IMG/VR virus record: IMGVR_UViG_3300032050_008231
Span: 1-26,009 of that record
Length of the DNA stretch: 26,009 nt
Reading direction: 5' to 3' (one strand)
From: a virus
Lineage: Duplodnaviria > Caudoviricetes
Part shown: one piece after another, positions 24,893 through 26,009 of the stretch
How positions within the stretch are numbered: the stretch's first letter is position 1
How the letters are laid out: each line of letters opens with the position of its first letter
Position numbers and translations under genes: made by a program
The notes under the pieces: generated by a model
Database searches by the model: none
What the model saw: the letters and a program-made list of their open reading frames with translations, nothing else
Told to the model about the DNA's origin: nothing

Positions 24893-25455
24893 TAAATATC
24901 ACCTTCTCTTTCTCTGCGAGCTCTACGCTCTGCGGCCAGTGTAAAAACTTTTTCGTTGTCGTTGGTCCATTCCACAGTCTTAGGAAGAATGATTCCGAAT
25001 TCAGTTGTTTGACCGTTAATGGTGTGAGGCTCATTTTCGTCATAGGTCCAACCTAATGCCTTCATCATACGATGTTTTACCAGTAGGTTAGGGCTACGAA
25101 AAGCTTCAGTATCACGGAAGCCTAGCATAACACCGATCTCACAAACAGCACCAGAGCGACAAACGCCTGCGTGGCAATGAACAACAACGTTCATACGCTG
25201 TTCAAATGCGTGTTGTAGCAAGCGAACAAGCTCGTTGGCCTGCTCTTGTGAACATCGCATTGCCTCATCTAAGACATAATCTTTTTCCTCAACATCCAAA
25301 AATTGGAATTGATGAACTTCTCGGAACTGGTATTTCGGGGTTGGAAAGTCCCCGGGAGGATCGCAGATCTGTATCAACATAGAATTGATACCTGCATCAA
25401 TATGGAAACCTTTACGTATATCGCTGAGTGCTACGTTTTGTATCCAAGGTGCCAT
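24892..25455 (-). CDS. protein tyrosine/dual-specificity phosphatase-like protein
   Basis: VVHCHAGVCRS (CX5R) and upstream FLD acid loop; SD AAGGAG. Confidence 0.85.
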   Translation of the reverse strand: MAPWIQNVALSDIRKGFHIDAGINSMLIQICDPPGDFPTPKYQFREVHQFQFLDVEEKDYVLDEAMRCSQEQANELVRLLQHAFEQRMNVVVHCHAGVCRSGAVCEIGVMLGFRDTEAFRSPNLLVKHRMMKALGWTYDENEPHTINGQTTEFGIILPKTVEWTNDNEKVFTLAAERRARREREGDI

Positions 25456-25467
25456 AGCACTCTCCTT

Positions 25468-25686
25468 TTACAATCTATATGTTACACGACCTTTGGTAAG
25501 ATCGTAGGCACTTACTTCTATTTTAACTTTATCACCTAAAATTATTTTAATCTTGTGTTGCTTTAATTTACCACCGGTATAACAAAGTATAGGATTAGGC
25601 ATTTGCTCTAATTTAACTCGATACATACTACCGGGAAGAACTTCTTCTACAACTCCAACTAATTCTATTAAGTCAGATTTTGACAT
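25468..25686 (-). CDS. infA: translation initiation factor IF-1
   Basis: 72 aa; IELVGVVEEVLP...GK...IKIILGDKVKIEVSAYDLTKGRVTYR. Confidence 0.93.
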   Translation of the reverse strand: MSKSDLIELVGVVEEVLPGSMYRVKLEQMPNPILCYTGGKLKQHKIKIILGDKVKIEVSAYDLTKGRVTYRL

Positions 25687-25724
25687 AGGTATTTTTAATC
25701 ATTTTGTGATTCTCCGTTTATTAT

Positions 25725-25753
25725 ATTATAATATCTTTTTGATTATATGTCAA
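25725..25753 (-). promoter_or_regulatory. sigma70 consensus promoter upstream of infA
   Basis: Perfect TTGACA-N17-TATAAT on the minus strand, immediately after the tRNA-Gly CCA. Confidence 0.85.
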
Positions 25754-25754
25754 T

Positions 25755-25828
25755 TGGAGCGGGTAGCGAGAATCGAACTCGCAAATCAACTTTGGCAAAG
25801 TTGTAGGTTACCATTACATCATACCCGC
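25755..25828 (-). tRNA. tRNA-Gly (GCC)
   Basis: GCGGGTA/TACCCGC acceptor, U73, encoded CCA, anticodon arm CAACT-TTGCCAA-AGTTG, T-arm GCGAG-TTCGATT-CTCGC; 74 nt. Confidence 0.96.
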
Positions 25829-25829
25829 A

Positions 25830-26009
25830 TTAATAATATTCGACATCTGCTGCTAGTATAAATCTATATTTGTTGCTTTGAACTATACCAGGTCTGTGCC
25901 ATTTATCACCAGGATAAATTAACCAACTATACTCCGAAGGGCTAACAAAAAATTTATTGTCAGACTCTAATCCGTCCGGAGCGAACTCTGTTCCGCAGTA
26001 GTCTAAGTC
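25830..26009 (-). CDS. C-terminal part of a probable 2OG-Fe(II) oxygenase-like protein (truncated by window edge)
   Basis: Manual translation: DLDYCGTEFAPDG...WLIYPGDKWHRPGIVQSNKYRFILAADVEYY*; GTEF, YP..xH and R pattern like the other oxygenases. Confidence 0.6.
   Translation of the reverse strand, partial: DLDYCGTEFAPDGLESDNKFFVSPSEYSWLIYPGDKWHRPGIVQSNKYRFILAADVEYY

Noticed and set aside
2719-25539. Numerous 60-100 aa antisense or nested ORFs in the track (e.g. 8264, 8738, 9029, 10053, 13708, 16196, 20834, 24278, 25303)
   Set aside because: All lie within motif-bearing genes on the opposite strand; treated as shadows.
1-26009. Stop-codon reassignment, CRISPR array, intron or mobile element
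   Set aside because: ORFs tile the window intact in the standard code with TAA, TAG and TGA all used as stops; no repeat-spacer array, transposase, integrase or homing endonuclease motif seen.

Overview
This window looks like part of a large (jumbo-type) tailed-phage genome. The evidence is thyX, a tail-fibre-like gene, phage-type phosphoesterase/phosphatase/HExxH genes, dense overlapping ORFs, T4-late-like TAAATA boxes, and an isolated infA and tRNAs without bacterial operon context. The flanks carry kdsB (partial, missed by the ORF track), thyX and a histone Hc1-like gene on the left, and infA and tRNA-Gly(GCC) on the right. The central ~21.5 kb (2059-23472) is an AT-rich island of tailoring enzymes in four alternating blocks. 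It encodes 8 radical SAM proteins (2 B12-binding type, 1 with an MJ0619/Tes-like N-terminus), 7 Fe(II)/2OG-type oxygenases, 3 class I methyltransferases, 2 cupins, an SDR and a GNAT-like protein, all surrounding one Gly/Thr-rich virion-like protein. The start of each block carries a TAAATA/TAAGTA box, whereas some flanking genes have sigma70 consensus promoters, which suggests the island is a late-expressed modification system. The left edge holds a 113-nt atypical tRNA-like RNA with a tRNA-Leu-like body, a CAU anticodon on an elongated stem, a ~30-nt variable arm and its own promoter. All calls come from motif recognition by eye; no searches were run.
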